DNA of 64,000 bases from Candidatus Thermosaccharophagus tengchongensis (lineage in GTDB: Bacteria; Armatimonadota; Fervidibacteria; Fervidibacterales; Thermosaccharophagaceae): assembly GCA_032161105.1 (NCBI GenBank), contig JAVHTD010000014.1. One strand, 5' to 3'. Positions 63,961 to 64,000 of this stretch are shown piece by piece; the first letter of the stretch is position 1; the number at the start of each line of letters is the position of its first letter. The position numbers and the translations under genes were made by a program. The notes below the pieces were generated by a model. It made no database searches. It saw only the letters and a list, made by a program, of their open reading frames with translations, and was not told where the DNA came from.

Positions 63961-64000
63961 ATGGGAATGGCTTCGGAGAAAAAGCGCATCCTCGTCGTTG
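63961..64000 (+). CDS. 5' fragment of a probable response-regulator receiver protein (truncated by the window end)
   Basis: ATG GGA ATG GCT TCG GAG AAA AAG CGC ATC CTC GTC GTT G = MGMASEKKRILVV(D/E?), a typical receiver-domain beginning. Confidence 0.5.
   Translation, partial: MGMASEKKRILVV

Overview
Bacterial chromosomal window of about 50% GC (visual estimate). Two prepilin-type/H-X9-DG (DUF1559-like) genes suggest an Armatimonadota-like organism; this is inference. Bases 1-22.6 kb hold two giant tandem extracellular Ig-repeat genes: a 5'-truncated Big-1/invasin-type protein of >3960 aa and a 3519-aa IPT/TIG-repeat protein with acidic Ca-binding-type loops. They are followed on the same strand by a pilin-like gene, a HEAT protein, an ArnT-like glycosyltransferase, a CBM-like protein, a conserved hypothetical, DUF362, prepilin peptidase and a radical SAM enzyme. 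Next come a CBM9/DUF4091 glycosidase-like gene and sbcD - URO-D-like - sbcC. After these lie an IS701-like remnant, a secreted WD40 protein with 14 near-identical 126-nt repeats whose surface codons are hypervariable, and a GTAG-type REP cluster. A long minus-strand run then carries leuC, leuA, ilvC, ilvN, ilvB, NIL, thrC, mtnP, an RNase H-like gene, HEAT, DUF2227 and a nuclease-fold hypothetical, with a probable Leu/Val leader peptide before ilvB. The window ends with a CHASE2 class III cyclase with a non-canonical specificity residue, a degenerate enolase-superfamily protein, a second pilin-like gene with a structured leader, a Gfo/Idh/MocA oxidoreductase and the start of a probable response regulator. 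No rRNA, tRNA or CRISPR array was recognised. All family calls come from motif recognition, not database searches.
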